Origin: Kiritimatiellia bacterium
GTDB taxonomy: Bacteria > Verrucomicrobiota > Kiritimatiellia > RFP12 > UBA1067
Reading direction: 5' to 3'
Length of the DNA: 61,739 nt
Assembly (NCBI GenBank): GCA_018399555.1
Contig: JAGYOL010000001.1
Span: 1 to 61,739 of the forward strand
Part shown: positions 18,468 through 28,181 of the stretch, in pieces
Layout: every line of letters begins with the position of its first letter
Numbering within the stretch: position 1 is the first letter of the stretch
Made by a program: the position numbers and the translations under genes
The notes under the pieces: generated by a model
Seen by the model: only the letters and a program-made list of their open reading frames with translations
The model's database searches: none
Told to the model about the DNA's origin: nothing

Positions 18468-18707
18468 GGCGATATCAAACCATATCAGCGGAGTTTTGGA
18501 AACATCATATTTATTAAATTTAAATTATCAACAGTTTATCAACTTTATTACCGTATAGGTTATGAACAGTTGATAATAAACCTGTTCATAACTTGTATCT
18601 CACTTGTGGATAAGCATTTAAACTTGATAATAAACTGTTGATATCTTCTGCTTGTTAATAACTCACAAAATAGTTCATACTGTCGTCATTGAGTTATTAA
18701 CAGGATT
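18468..18707. promoter_or_regulatory. AT-rich divergent intergenic region with DnaA-box-like cluster and two perfect palindromes
   Basis: A perfect TTATCCACA lies on the minus strand at 18605-18613. TTATCAAC-type relatives lie at 18525-18533, 18536-18544, 18568-18576, 18622-18630 and 18636-18644. An A/T run spans 18501-18529. Inverted repeats: GTTATGAACAG-N12-CTGTTCATAAC (18559-18592) and GTTAATAACTCA-N24-TGAGTTATTAAC (18654-18701). Confidence 0.5.
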
Positions 18708-19256
18708 ATGGCACACCTACCGATAGATTTCTGCCGCAAAACCGCAGCGGCCCGCCGAGCACGCGGCATGACGCAGAGCACATTGGCACGCAGTGTCGGC
18801 TGCGCACAGTCGGCGATCAGCATGTTTGAATCCGGACACCCGGAAAAGCTCTCGCTGGAATTTGTGCGCAGGATTGCCGCGCAGCTTGATCTTGTGCTGG
18901 ACGAACAGAGTGACGCAGCGATGCCGCCGGACAACGGCAACGACTGCGGCCAACTTTGTTATTGCCCCAACCCTCACTGTTATTCTAACATCCCCTACAA
19001 GGTGAGTGGAGGACTGACCCTCTGGCCCACCCCCGTATGCGGCGAAGGTGACGCTGTTTACTGCCAGGTCTGCGGCGAGGTGCTGGAGCGTGCCTGTCCG
19101 GTCTGTGCGCGTCCGTTCACCGAAGGTGCCTTCTGTCCGGTCTGTGGCAAGCCGCGGATCACACCGCTTCTCCCGCCGGGAGTTTCGTCGGACAACTGGA
19201 TCCAGGAGCAACGTACGGAAATCCAGCAGTGGCACAATCTGATGCGGAAGGCATGA
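18708..19256 (+). CDS. XRE-family helix-turn-helix protein fused to C-terminal zinc-ribbon clusters
   Basis: HTH MTQSTLARSVGCAQSAISMFESG. Cys clusters CYCPNPHC and CQVCG..CPVC..CPVCG. AGGA lies 3-6 nt before the ATG. Confidence 0.7.
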   Translation: MAHLPIDFCRKTAAARRARGMTQSTLARSVGCAQSAISMFESGHPEKLSLEFVRRIAAQLDLVLDEQSDAAMPPDNGNDCGQLCYCPNPHCYSNIPYKVSGGLTLWPTPVCGEGDAVYCQVCGEVLERACPVCARPFTEGAFCPVCGKPRITPLLPPGVSSDNWIQEQRTEIQQWHNLMRKA

Positions 19257-19422
19257 TTTATCCTGACCTCTGAGGTTTTTTAACTATGTCGAAAAAAAAA
19301 CAAAGGCTTACGATACGGTGCACTGACCGACAATGAATCTGTCTGGCTTGCGCGGCAGAACGGCCTTTTACGTGATTCTGCAAAAAATTATAGGCTGGTT
19401 GATCTGTTTACGGGTGAGATAC

Positions 19423-20364
19423 ATGGAAAAGATATTGATAGTGACGGACGGCAAAGCCGGTCATGAGAACCAGTCCAAAGCACTGTGTGAATCGCTCGGC
19501 ATTGAGTATGATCTGGCCCGCGTGAGCTACTCAAGTGCTTTGATGAAAGCTCTGGCCTATGCGGCCGACAACCTCGGCATTCTGACCGAACGACTCTACC
19601 TTCTGGATTACGACAGGGCGTGCTACAGTGCGGTGATATGCACCGGTTCAACCGCGTTTTATCCCGGCAAGGTGACCGCCCGGCGCCTCGGGGTGCCGGT
19701 CTGCGCCGTTCTCATGCCACGCGGCTACCGCCTGGATTTCGACTGCATCCTGGCACCGGCGTTTGACAACCCCCCGATACGGGAGAACATCATCCCGCTG
19801 CCGGTCAATCTGACATCGATCAACACCGAATTCTACACCCATGCCGCCAAAGAATTCGCAGCGCGTCACAAGCCGTCAAAACCAGCCGTCGCCGTGATTG
19901 TGGGCGGACCTAATGATTTTGCCGGAATGGGGGTTGAGTGGATGAAAAACCGCCTGGATGAAATCTTCGCCGCAACCGAAGGCATGGCGCGTTGGGTTAC
20001 CACCTCACGTCGCACTCCCCCAGCAGTTGAAACTCTGATCGACAGTTATGATTTTGACTACAAGCTGATTTTTAGCCGCGACAAGTTCAATCCGATACCT
20101 GCCTTTGTCGCGCTGTGCGAAACCCTTTTTGTCACCGCCGATTCAACCGGCATGATCAGTGAAGCGGTCACACAGGGTCAGGCCAACGTCGAGATTCTGA
20201 TGAATCTGCATGCTCAACGCTGCAAATTCAACGCTCTGATCAACGATCTGCAAACTCGCGGTTGCGTGCATCTCTTCGACGGCACCATCGGCAGGGCCAA
20301 CCGCAAAATCGACCTTGCAAAGTGTGTCCGCAAGGTACAGAAACTGCTTTTCCCGCATAAATGA
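19423..20364 (+). CDS. ELM1/GtrOC1-family putative glycosyltransferase
   Basis: N-terminus MEKILIVTDGKAGHENQSKALCESLG is typical of bacterial ELM1-like proteins. Start chosen at ATG 19423; the ORF extends to 19333. Confidence 0.6.
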   Translation: MEKILIVTDGKAGHENQSKALCESLGIEYDLARVSYSSALMKALAYAADNLGILTERLYLLDYDRACYSAVICTGSTAFYPGKVTARRLGVPVCAVLMPRGYRLDFDCILAPAFDNPPIRENIIPLPVNLTSINTEFYTHAAKEFAARHKPSKPAVAVIVGGPNDFAGMGVEWMKNRLDEIFAATEGMARWVTTSRRTPPAVETLIDSYDFDYKLIFSRDKFNPIPAFVALCETLFVTADSTGMISEAVTQGQANVEILMNLHAQRCKFNALINDLQTRGCVHLFDGTIGRANRKIDLAKCVRKVQKLLFPHK

Positions 20365-20428
20365 ACAATTTACTTATTAACAATCACTTAACTCAGTTTC
20401 TGAATTTCAAATGCCGTAAACAGGTGAA

Positions 20429-20457
20429 AGAGACCGCCGTTCACACGGCGATCTCTT
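20429..20457. terminator. Stem-loop between convergent genes (possible bidirectional terminator)
   Basis: AGAGACCGCCG-TTCACA-CGGCGATCTCT (one G/A mismatch), between the ELM1-like stop (20364) and the HEAT/DUF1080 stop (20481). There is no strong U run. Confidence 0.4.
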
Positions 20458-20480
20458 AAAGTTTAATCTCGCTGCTGGAA

Positions 20481-23099
20481 TCAGAGCATCTTGATACGCA
20501 GATTACGGAATTGAATCTTCATCGGCTTACCCTTGTGCATCTGCAGTGTTATGAAACCCTTGCGCGGAGTATCGGGACGATGATCCTCGAATTCACTGGT
20601 AAGGATGTCATTCACATAGAGCTTGATCGACGGCCCCTTGCAGACTATGCGGTACTTATTCCAGGTGCCGGCCTGAAACACCTTCTTCTGCAGCTGATCG
20701 CTGTCGGCGAATTGTTTAACACTCTTTTCGCCTTTGGCGTTGATCACCACTTTGGCACCACGCTGACCCACCAGATGCTGCTTGGGATGATACAGGTAAC
20801 CGACGTATTTGCCGCTTCCATTCATATCAGCCTGATAGCCGCTGTCGCCACGCACCTGATTCGCGGCACGCAGCTGAACGCCCGAATTGGCATCAGGACT
20901 CAGCAGAAACTCACAACGCATCTCGAAGTCGCCCGGTTCACCGCCTTTCCAGATGAGGTGACAGGTGTGCTCGCAAGGTTTGTTTTCAAAACTCTGAGCC
21001 TGCAAAATACCGTCCTTAACGCTCCACCAGCCGTCACCGCCGCGCCACTCAGAGAGATTCTTGCCGTTGAACATCGACTTAAAGCCGCTCTCATCATACT
21101 TTTTCTCCATGTTGGCTACAGCCGAAGCCATGAATTGTTTTTCCTGTTCACGCGGCGCCCAGGCTTGAGCATCTCTGAGCATCTCTATCTGTCTGACGAT
21201 GGGAATGGTGAAACTCATCTCCAATTGTCGCACAAAGCCACGCAGCGCTAAAATCTTCAAACGCTCAGTCGGAGCATTCTGTGCGAAGGCGGCGGCATCT
21301 TTCAGCGCGTCGGGCGTCTTCCAGTTGATCAACACGCGGATGGCCGCTTCCTGCAGGGCTCTGTCGGCATCCTGCTTTGCGGCTGTACGCGCAACCTCCA
21401 GACCCTGCTCGTTGGATAGTGAGGTCAACACCTGAAACAGAGCCAACTTCTCCGGTCCTTCAGCCTTGTTATAGGCACTCCTGACCGGATTGTAAGCCGC
21501 CGGCAGAATCACCTCTCCGCTCAGATGAACCGAGTCATTCTCACGCACCTGAACACTCTTCTCCACTCCGTCGAAGGTGTATATCATCCGCAGCACTTTG
21601 GGTCTGCCGGGTGCCGGATCTCGGCTGAATCCATCCCAGCGGCATAGACGCCCCGAAGCCTGAATTGTAATGGATCCCGCATCAACCAGCTTTTGAACAT
21701 TATCCGTCACATCCTGAGTCAGGCTGTTTTCAAAATCACCGTAGATCGCGCTTTTGATCACCGTTTTGCCTCCACGCGGACGGGCATAGCGTTCACACAG
21801 AGATGCGAGTGCTTTGATTGCGTTCTCGTTGGCCGGATTTTCCTTGATCACCTTGAGCAGTACAGGTATCTCTCTGTCCGTGCCGAGCGAGCCGATAGCT
21901 TTAACAGCCTCACCTGAAACGGCGGCGTCGGTGTCGGCGACCAGCCCGGTCAGAACGGCCACGGCACGTTCAGACATGCGGCGGCTCAAAGCCAGCTCTA
22001 TACCGGAAAGCTTTGCCTGCCTGCTGTTTTCATTCATCATCCTGAGCACGGCATCATCGGCACTGACACCAGCAAAACCGATCAGGGCGTTCTTGGCATT
22101 CGCCGCAATCTGCTGATTCTGATCTTTCACCAATGCGATCAAAGCTGGAACCGCAGCCGGGTCGTTCATAGCCGCGAGTGCCGAAGCGGCAGCCAGTCGC
22201 CCGGTAACATCAACCGATTTGGTATCACCAGCCATGGCCGCCAGTGCCGGAACAGCGGCTTTGTCACCACGCGTTCCGAGCATGCCAGCCAGGCGGATGC
22301 GGGCGGAGACTGCTTTTTTCAGCATCTCGGCAAAGGCCGTGGTCGCCTTGGCATCCGCAGGATAATCCAGCACCGCTCGCAGTGCTGTGTCAACAGTGTC
22401 GCCATCCGAACTCTGGATGGCCTCGCGCCATAACTGAAGACCGTTGTCGCCTGCGGTGACAATCTCGCCGCGTAATGCGGCCAGACGCTGAGCCTTTGTG
22501 ACATTATCCGCCGTGTTGCGTATCGCCGCATAGCATGCGGCAGCTTTGGCCGGATCACGGGCCGCAATGGTATCCGCTGCTTCCAGACAGGCCGCCGAAA
22601 CAGACGGGCATTTACCCATAGAATCCTTCAACTTCGCCAGGGCCTCATCAGTGGCCAGTTTACCCAACGCCTGCGCCGAAGCAGCGGCGATCCGCTTGTC
22701 GGCATCACTCAACCTGCCGGTGAGAATTTTAACCGATGCGGCATTGCCACGGTTACCCATCGACTGCACAACTCCCAGCAGTGCGTCACCTTTGAGTTCT
22801 CCGGCCGCCCTGTTGAACAGGTCGGCAACCTTCACATCAGGTATCATCTCCAATCCGTAGCGGGCCGCATGCCTGATATGAGCTTTGTCGTGTGAAAGCA
22901 GAGCATACAGCGTGTCAAAGGACTTGACCGTACCGCACCACCCCAGATTCTGACAGGCCGTAACCATATCATTTTCCGAAGTACCGGCACTCTTTAAAAG
23001 CGCAATCAGTTTTTCTTCACTGTGAAGAACACTCTGATCCAATTCGGCTCTGGCGCAGACCACCCCGAGCAGCATCATGACAATAAATATCTTTTTCAT
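20481..23099 (-). CDS. Secreted HEAT-repeat protein with C-terminal DUF1080 (3-keto-disaccharide-hydrolase-like) domain
   Basis: ATG 23099 gives a signal peptide (MKKIFIVMMLLGVVCARA). Long A/L-rich HEAT/PBS-lyase-like repeats follow. The C-terminal module includes FNGKNLSEWRG...WSVKDGIL...FEMRCEF...GVQLRA...GYQADM. Confidence 0.75.
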   Translation of the reverse strand: MKKIFIVMMLLGVVCARAELDQSVLHSEEKLIALLKSAGTSENDMVTACQNLGWCGTVKSFDTLYALLSHDKAHIRHAARYGLEMIPDVKVADLFNRAAGELKGDALLGVVQSMGNRGNAASVKILTGRLSDADKRIAAASAQALGKLATDEALAKLKDSMGKCPSVSAACLEAADTIAARDPAKAAACYAAIRNTADNVTKAQRLAALRGEIVTAGDNGLQLWREAIQSSDGDTVDTALRAVLDYPADAKATTAFAEMLKKAVSARIRLAGMLGTRGDKAAVPALAAMAGDTKSVDVTGRLAAASALAAMNDPAAVPALIALVKDQNQQIAANAKNALIGFAGVSADDAVLRMMNENSRQAKLSGIELALSRRMSERAVAVLTGLVADTDAAVSGEAVKAIGSLGTDREIPVLLKVIKENPANENAIKALASLCERYARPRGGKTVIKSAIYGDFENSLTQDVTDNVQKLVDAGSITIQASGRLCRWDGFSRDPAPGRPKVLRMIYTFDGVEKSVQVRENDSVHLSGEVILPAAYNPVRSAYNKAEGPEKLALFQVLTSLSNEQGLEVARTAAKQDADRALQEAAIRVLINWKTPDALKDAAAFAQNAPTERLKILALRGFVRQLEMSFTIPIVRQIEMLRDAQAWAPREQEKQFMASAVANMEKKYDESGFKSMFNGKNLSEWRGGDGWWSVKDGILQAQSFENKPCEHTCHLIWKGGEPGDFEMRCEFLLSPDANSGVQLRAANQVRGDSGYQADMNGSGKYVGYLYHPKQHLVGQRGAKVVINAKGEKSVKQFADSDQLQKKVFQAGTWNKYRIVCKGPSIKLYVNDILTSEFEDHRPDTPRKGFITLQMHKGKPMKIQFRNLRIKML

Positions 23100-23149
23100 T
23101 CTAATTAACTCCGCAATTGACGCGTAAATAAAAGTAACGCATGAAAACA

Positions 23150-24475
23150 CTAACAGATCTGCCATCCCTCGCGAGCGGCGCGGGAACGGAACCGATTGGC
23201 CTGTTCGTCGTTGACGAACTCCTCCTTCACCGGATCCCAGGTCAGATCACGCTTCAGCCACTGGGCGATGTTGGCGCAGTGCACCGTGCTCATTGAACGG
23301 TGCATCAACTCGGGATCAGCAGTAGTATGTGTCCGGCTTCTCACACATCTGAAGAAATCTTCCATGTGACCGACAATATGTCCGGTACGGGTTATGTAAT
23401 CCTGCAGAATTTTCTGATAATCCGCCAGCATCGCGGGATTCGAGACCTCGGGACGTGCGTAACCATCCGCACAGGAGCACCACCCTTCGCTGCCGACATA
23501 GCGTACACCGCAGGTGCCGCGCCATCCCTCCTGTTTCTGGATCATGGTAACCCCGTTGGCGAAGCGCATCGCCATACCGTCAGCCGTCGGATTGTCAACA
23601 TAGGGATAATGCACCGGCGAGGTGTCGGTCATACCCAATGCGTCATGACATTGGGCAAATGTGTGTGAACCCCACTCACCGATGACACTGGTATAGAAAT
23701 CATGCTGATGATGCCAGCCGCCGTTGATGTAATGTTTGTTGTAAGGTCTCCACGGGCATGGTCCCAACCAGCGGTCCCAGTCAAAATCCTCAGCCTTGGG
23801 CAGCGGCTCTGCTGGCAGCCAGTCACGCTTCATGTTCACATCGCCAAACGGTGCCAGGTGGGCATAAACCGTTTTAACTTCACCCAGACGCCCCATGCGC
23901 AGCAACTCATTGCACACAATAAAATTGGCCTCGCTCAGACGCTGCATACCGGCCTGATAAACGCGCCCGTACTCCCGGGCGGTCTTAACCACAGCCTGAC
24001 CTTCGGCTATGGTCATGGATGCCGGTTTCTCAGTGTAAACATCCTTGCCGGCACGCATCGCTCTGATGGATACAGTGGCATGCAGACGGTCACTGGTGGC
24101 TGTCAGGATAGCGTCGATGTCAGGACGGGCCAACACCTCCATCATCTCAACATATGTTTTGCAATCCTTGTTGCCGTATGCTCTGTCGGTCAGTTTTTTA
24201 ATTGAGTCACGGCGCTCTTTCCATACATCGCAGATTGCGACAAACTGCGCGTCTTTATTGGGCAGCACCCAGTTCTTCAGATCACCGCTGCCACGCCTTC
24301 CAAGACCGATACCGGCCATTACAATTCTTTCGCTCGGGGCGACATTGCCATCGCGGCCCAGCGCCGATGCCGGCACAAATGTCGGCAGTGCCACCGCTCC
24401 ACCCACAGCGGCCGCGCTTTTGAGAAACTTCCGCCGACTAAAATCTCCGGCCCTCTCTTTTACTACTCTCTTCAT
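23150..24475 (-). CDS. Gfo/Idh/MocA-family oxidoreductase with twin-arginine (TAT) signal
   Basis: FSRRKFLKSAAAVGGAVALP, Rossmann RIVMAGIGLGRRG, and AAGGGGAG before ATG 24475 (the ORF extends to 24502). Confidence 0.85.
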   Translation of the reverse strand: MKRVVKERAGDFSRRKFLKSAAAVGGAVALPTFVPASALGRDGNVAPSERIVMAGIGLGRRGSGDLKNWVLPNKDAQFVAICDVWKERRDSIKKLTDRAYGNKDCKTYVEMMEVLARPDIDAILTATSDRLHATVSIRAMRAGKDVYTEKPASMTIAEGQAVVKTAREYGRVYQAGMQRLSEANFIVCNELLRMGRLGEVKTVYAHLAPFGDVNMKRDWLPAEPLPKAEDFDWDRWLGPCPWRPYNKHYINGGWHHQHDFYTSVIGEWGSHTFAQCHDALGMTDTSPVHYPYVDNPTADGMAMRFANGVTMIQKQEGWRGTCGVRYVGSEGWCSCADGYARPEVSNPAMLADYQKILQDYITRTGHIVGHMEDFFRCVRSRTHTTADPELMHRSMSTVHCANIAQWLKRDLTWDPVKEEFVNDEQANRFRSRAAREGWQIC

Positions 24476-24587
24476 GCTTCTCCCCTTGAATAACTTGATC
24501 ATTGCTCAAGTATGTAACGTTAAAAAAGCCAACGTTTTGCCATTATAACACAAACAGGCGCGGTCTTGTCCAGCGTTTTAACCAGAC

Positions 24588-24618
24588 AAAAAAACCGGAA
24601 CCGGTTTCCCGGTTCCGG
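24588..24618 (-). terminator. Rho-independent terminator of htrA
   Basis: Perfect 10-bp stem CCGGAACCGG-TTTC-CCGGTTCCGG (24595-24618), followed on the minus strand by seven U (plus-strand A run 24588-24594). It lies 55 nt downstream of the htrA stop. Confidence 0.8.
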
Positions 24619-24672
24619 CGCATATGACAGGAGTGTCTATGTTATGATATGTATGTGTTGTTATGTGTGTTG

Positions 24673-26097
<1,425 letters not shown>

Positions 26098-26139
26098 ACC
26101 AACGCTCTCCTCCGCTTGAAATTCGTTTACTGAAATAAC

Positions 26140-26210
26140 TGGCCATAGCCACACTCAATGACAGCGGCCGTTGTTCAACTCGCTCCGGTGAGTGAATGAA
26201 GCTATGGCCA
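26140..26210 (-). promoter_or_regulatory. Long imperfect stem-loop in the htrA 5' leader
   Basis: Outer 10-bp arms TGGCCATAGC (26140-26149) / GCTATGGCCA (26201-26210) and inner 6-bp arms CACTCA (26152-26157) / TGAGTG (26189-26194). It lies 43-113 nt upstream of the htrA ATG. Confidence 0.35.
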
Positions 26211-26378
26211 AACGGACCTGTTTGTTAAATATCCGCTGTCTCTCAACCGGTGATCCTCATTCAGCTTACACCGTGCCAAGCCGGAATACCATGTCGACAC
26301 GGCCTTCAGCATGCAAAAACCCGAGACATCTTGTCGGCAAGTGCGACATATTGTCCGTTTTTTTAGGAACTGCTTGTT

Positions 26379-26417
26379 TTTAGGGACAGGCACTAATTAA
26401 TTTAGGGACAGGCACTA
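26379..26417. repeat. Direct repeat TTTAGGGACAGGCACTA x2 with 22-bp period
   Basis: Identical 17-mers at 26379-26395 and 26401-26417, with a degenerate third copy (TTTTAGGAACTGC) just upstream at ~26360. It lies between the lpxD stop and the htrA start. Confidence 0.7.
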
Positions 26418-26456
26418 TTTTTTAGTTATGGTTGTAAGACTATGATAATCAGAATA

Positions 26457-27506
26457 TTAGGATTCGAGGGAGGCGAGGCGGGCTTCGAGTTCGGCGATTT
26501 TAATTTTAAGTTTATCGACGCTGCGCGGCAGCAGCATGGTTTTGCCGAACTCACGGCGTGTCACGGCTGGCGTACCCAGGTAGAATTCGCCTTCCGGCAC
26601 ATCTTTGGTCAAGCCGCTGGCGGGTCCGACCTGGGCGCGGTCGCCGACTGTCAGATGGCCGGAGAGGCCGGCCTGGGCCCAGATGATACATCCCGCGCCG
26701 ATTTTGGTGCTACCTGCCACCCCGGCCTGAGCGATGATACCGGAGTAGTCACCCACATGGACATTATGGCCGATCTGAACGAGATTGTCAATTTTGGTGT
26801 TGTGGCCGATCCGTGTACGGCCGACTCGTGCGCGGTCAATGGTGGTATTGCTACCGACCTCGACATCGCTGCCGAGTTCCACAATTCCGATCTGGGGTAT
26901 TTTTTCGATGGTGATCGTACCGTCGGGGCCGATTTTCGGGTCATAGCCGTAGCCGTCACTGCCGATGCGCACTCCGGAATGCAGTATAACCCGGTCGCCC
27001 AGCAGGCAGCCTTCTCGGATAGAGACTTGGGGGTAGATATGGCAGTCGGAGCCCAGAACGACGCGTTGTCCGATAAACACCTGTGCTTCGATGACTGATC
27101 CATCGCCGATAACCGATTGATCTTCTATCACGCTCCAGGGACCGACATAGACATTCTTGCCGATTGTCACATCTCGTCCGAGCACAGCGGTGGGGTCGAT
27201 GCCGGGGCTGCGTCTGACAGCAGGAGGAGCGAAGAGGGCGCAGATTTTCATAAAAGCGGCACTGGGATCGGAGACTCGGATCACTGCCGGAGCGGAGACC
27301 TCATGCTCCCACTCTGCAGGCACCAGAACCGCGCTGGCAGAGGTTGAGTGCAGTTGTGCGGCATATTTGGCATCACGAAAGAAAGATATATCGCCGGGAC
27401 GGGCCTCATTCAGATTAGCCACATCGACGATATTGATCGCAGCATCGCCGCTCAACACACCTTCAACGTGATCAGCCAGCTGTTTAACATTCATGGCGCG
27501 GATCAT
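26457..27506 (-). CDS. lpxD: UDP-3-O-acylglucosamine N-acyltransferase
   Basis: Left-handed beta-helix hexapeptide repeats. The N-terminal domain includes VANLNEARPGDISFF. ATGA start/stop overlap with skp. Confidence 0.9.
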   Translation of the reverse strand: MIRAMNVKQLADHVEGVLSGDAAINIVDVANLNEARPGDISFFRDAKYAAQLHSTSASAVLVPAEWEHEVSAPAVIRVSDPSAAFMKICALFAPPAVRRSPGIDPTAVLGRDVTIGKNVYVGPWSVIEDQSVIGDGSVIEAQVFIGQRVVLGSDCHIYPQVSIREGCLLGDRVILHSGVRIGSDGYGYDPKIGPDGTITIEKIPQIGIVELGSDVEVGSNTTIDRARVGRTRIGHNTKIDNLVQIGHNVHVGDYSGIIAQAGVAGSTKIGAGCIIWAQAGLSGHLTVGDRAQVGPASGLTKDVPEGEFYLGTPAVTRREFGKTMLLPRSVDKLKIKIAELEARLASLES

Positions 27507-28099
27507 TTCTGTTCGGCGGCGGCGGCGGCTTTTTTATCCATATCCTGCTGCTGTTTACGCGCAGAGGGATCCACGCCCATGCGGCGCAGGATTTCATCGG
27601 TTATTTCGAGCCGGGGGTTGAAGTAGGCCATGGTGGTGCTGTCGTAGACGGCATCCAGTTTTTTCTCTTCGGCGTATTTGGTGATCAGAGTACGCAGCTC
27701 AGTTGTGACCTGCCGCAGCAGGCGTGCATCGAGATCGCCCAGTTCTTCCTGGAGTTTTTTGCGCTCATCGAGAAGATCGCGCTCAGCCTGCGCAAGAACC
27801 TCACGGTGTTTGATGGCATTATCTTCAGCTTCCAAGCGTGCAGTATCATTCAGTGCCGGATTGCGGGCTTCCTTGACCACCTTCTCATAGTCACTGCGCA
27901 GTTCCTCGAAGCGGTCACGTTGCTTATCGAGTTTGGACTGAAACTCTTTTTCGGTTTCCTCCATCAACTTACGGTCGCGTTCACGGCTGGGATGATGACG
28001 CACCAGATCGACCATATTCACCACGGCGATCTTTTCCGAAGCCAGCAAAGTGCCTGCGCTCATCACGAGAGCCAGTGCCAAAATTGTTCTTTTCATCAT
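27503..28099 (-). CDS. skp: Periplasmic chaperone Skp/OmpH family
   Basis: Signal peptide MMKRTILALALVMSAGTLLA, KIAVVNMVDL, and a K/E/R-rich helical body. It occupies the canonical position between bamA and lpxD. Confidence 0.8.
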   Translation of the reverse strand: MMKRTILALALVMSAGTLLASEKIAVVNMVDLVRHHPSRERDRKLMEETEKEFQSKLDKQRDRFEELRSDYEKVVKEARNPALNDTARLEAEDNAIKHREVLAQAERDLLDERKKLQEELGDLDARLLRQVTTELRTLITKYAEEKKLDAVYDSTTMAYFNPRLEITDEILRRMGVDPSARKQQQDMDKKAAAAAEQK

Positions 28100-28181
28100 A
28101 TTTCCCTTTCTGCAAAACGCGACCCTGCTGTCGCTATCCGGTTATACGGTTATAGTTAAACGGCTATCGGCCGCATTATCC

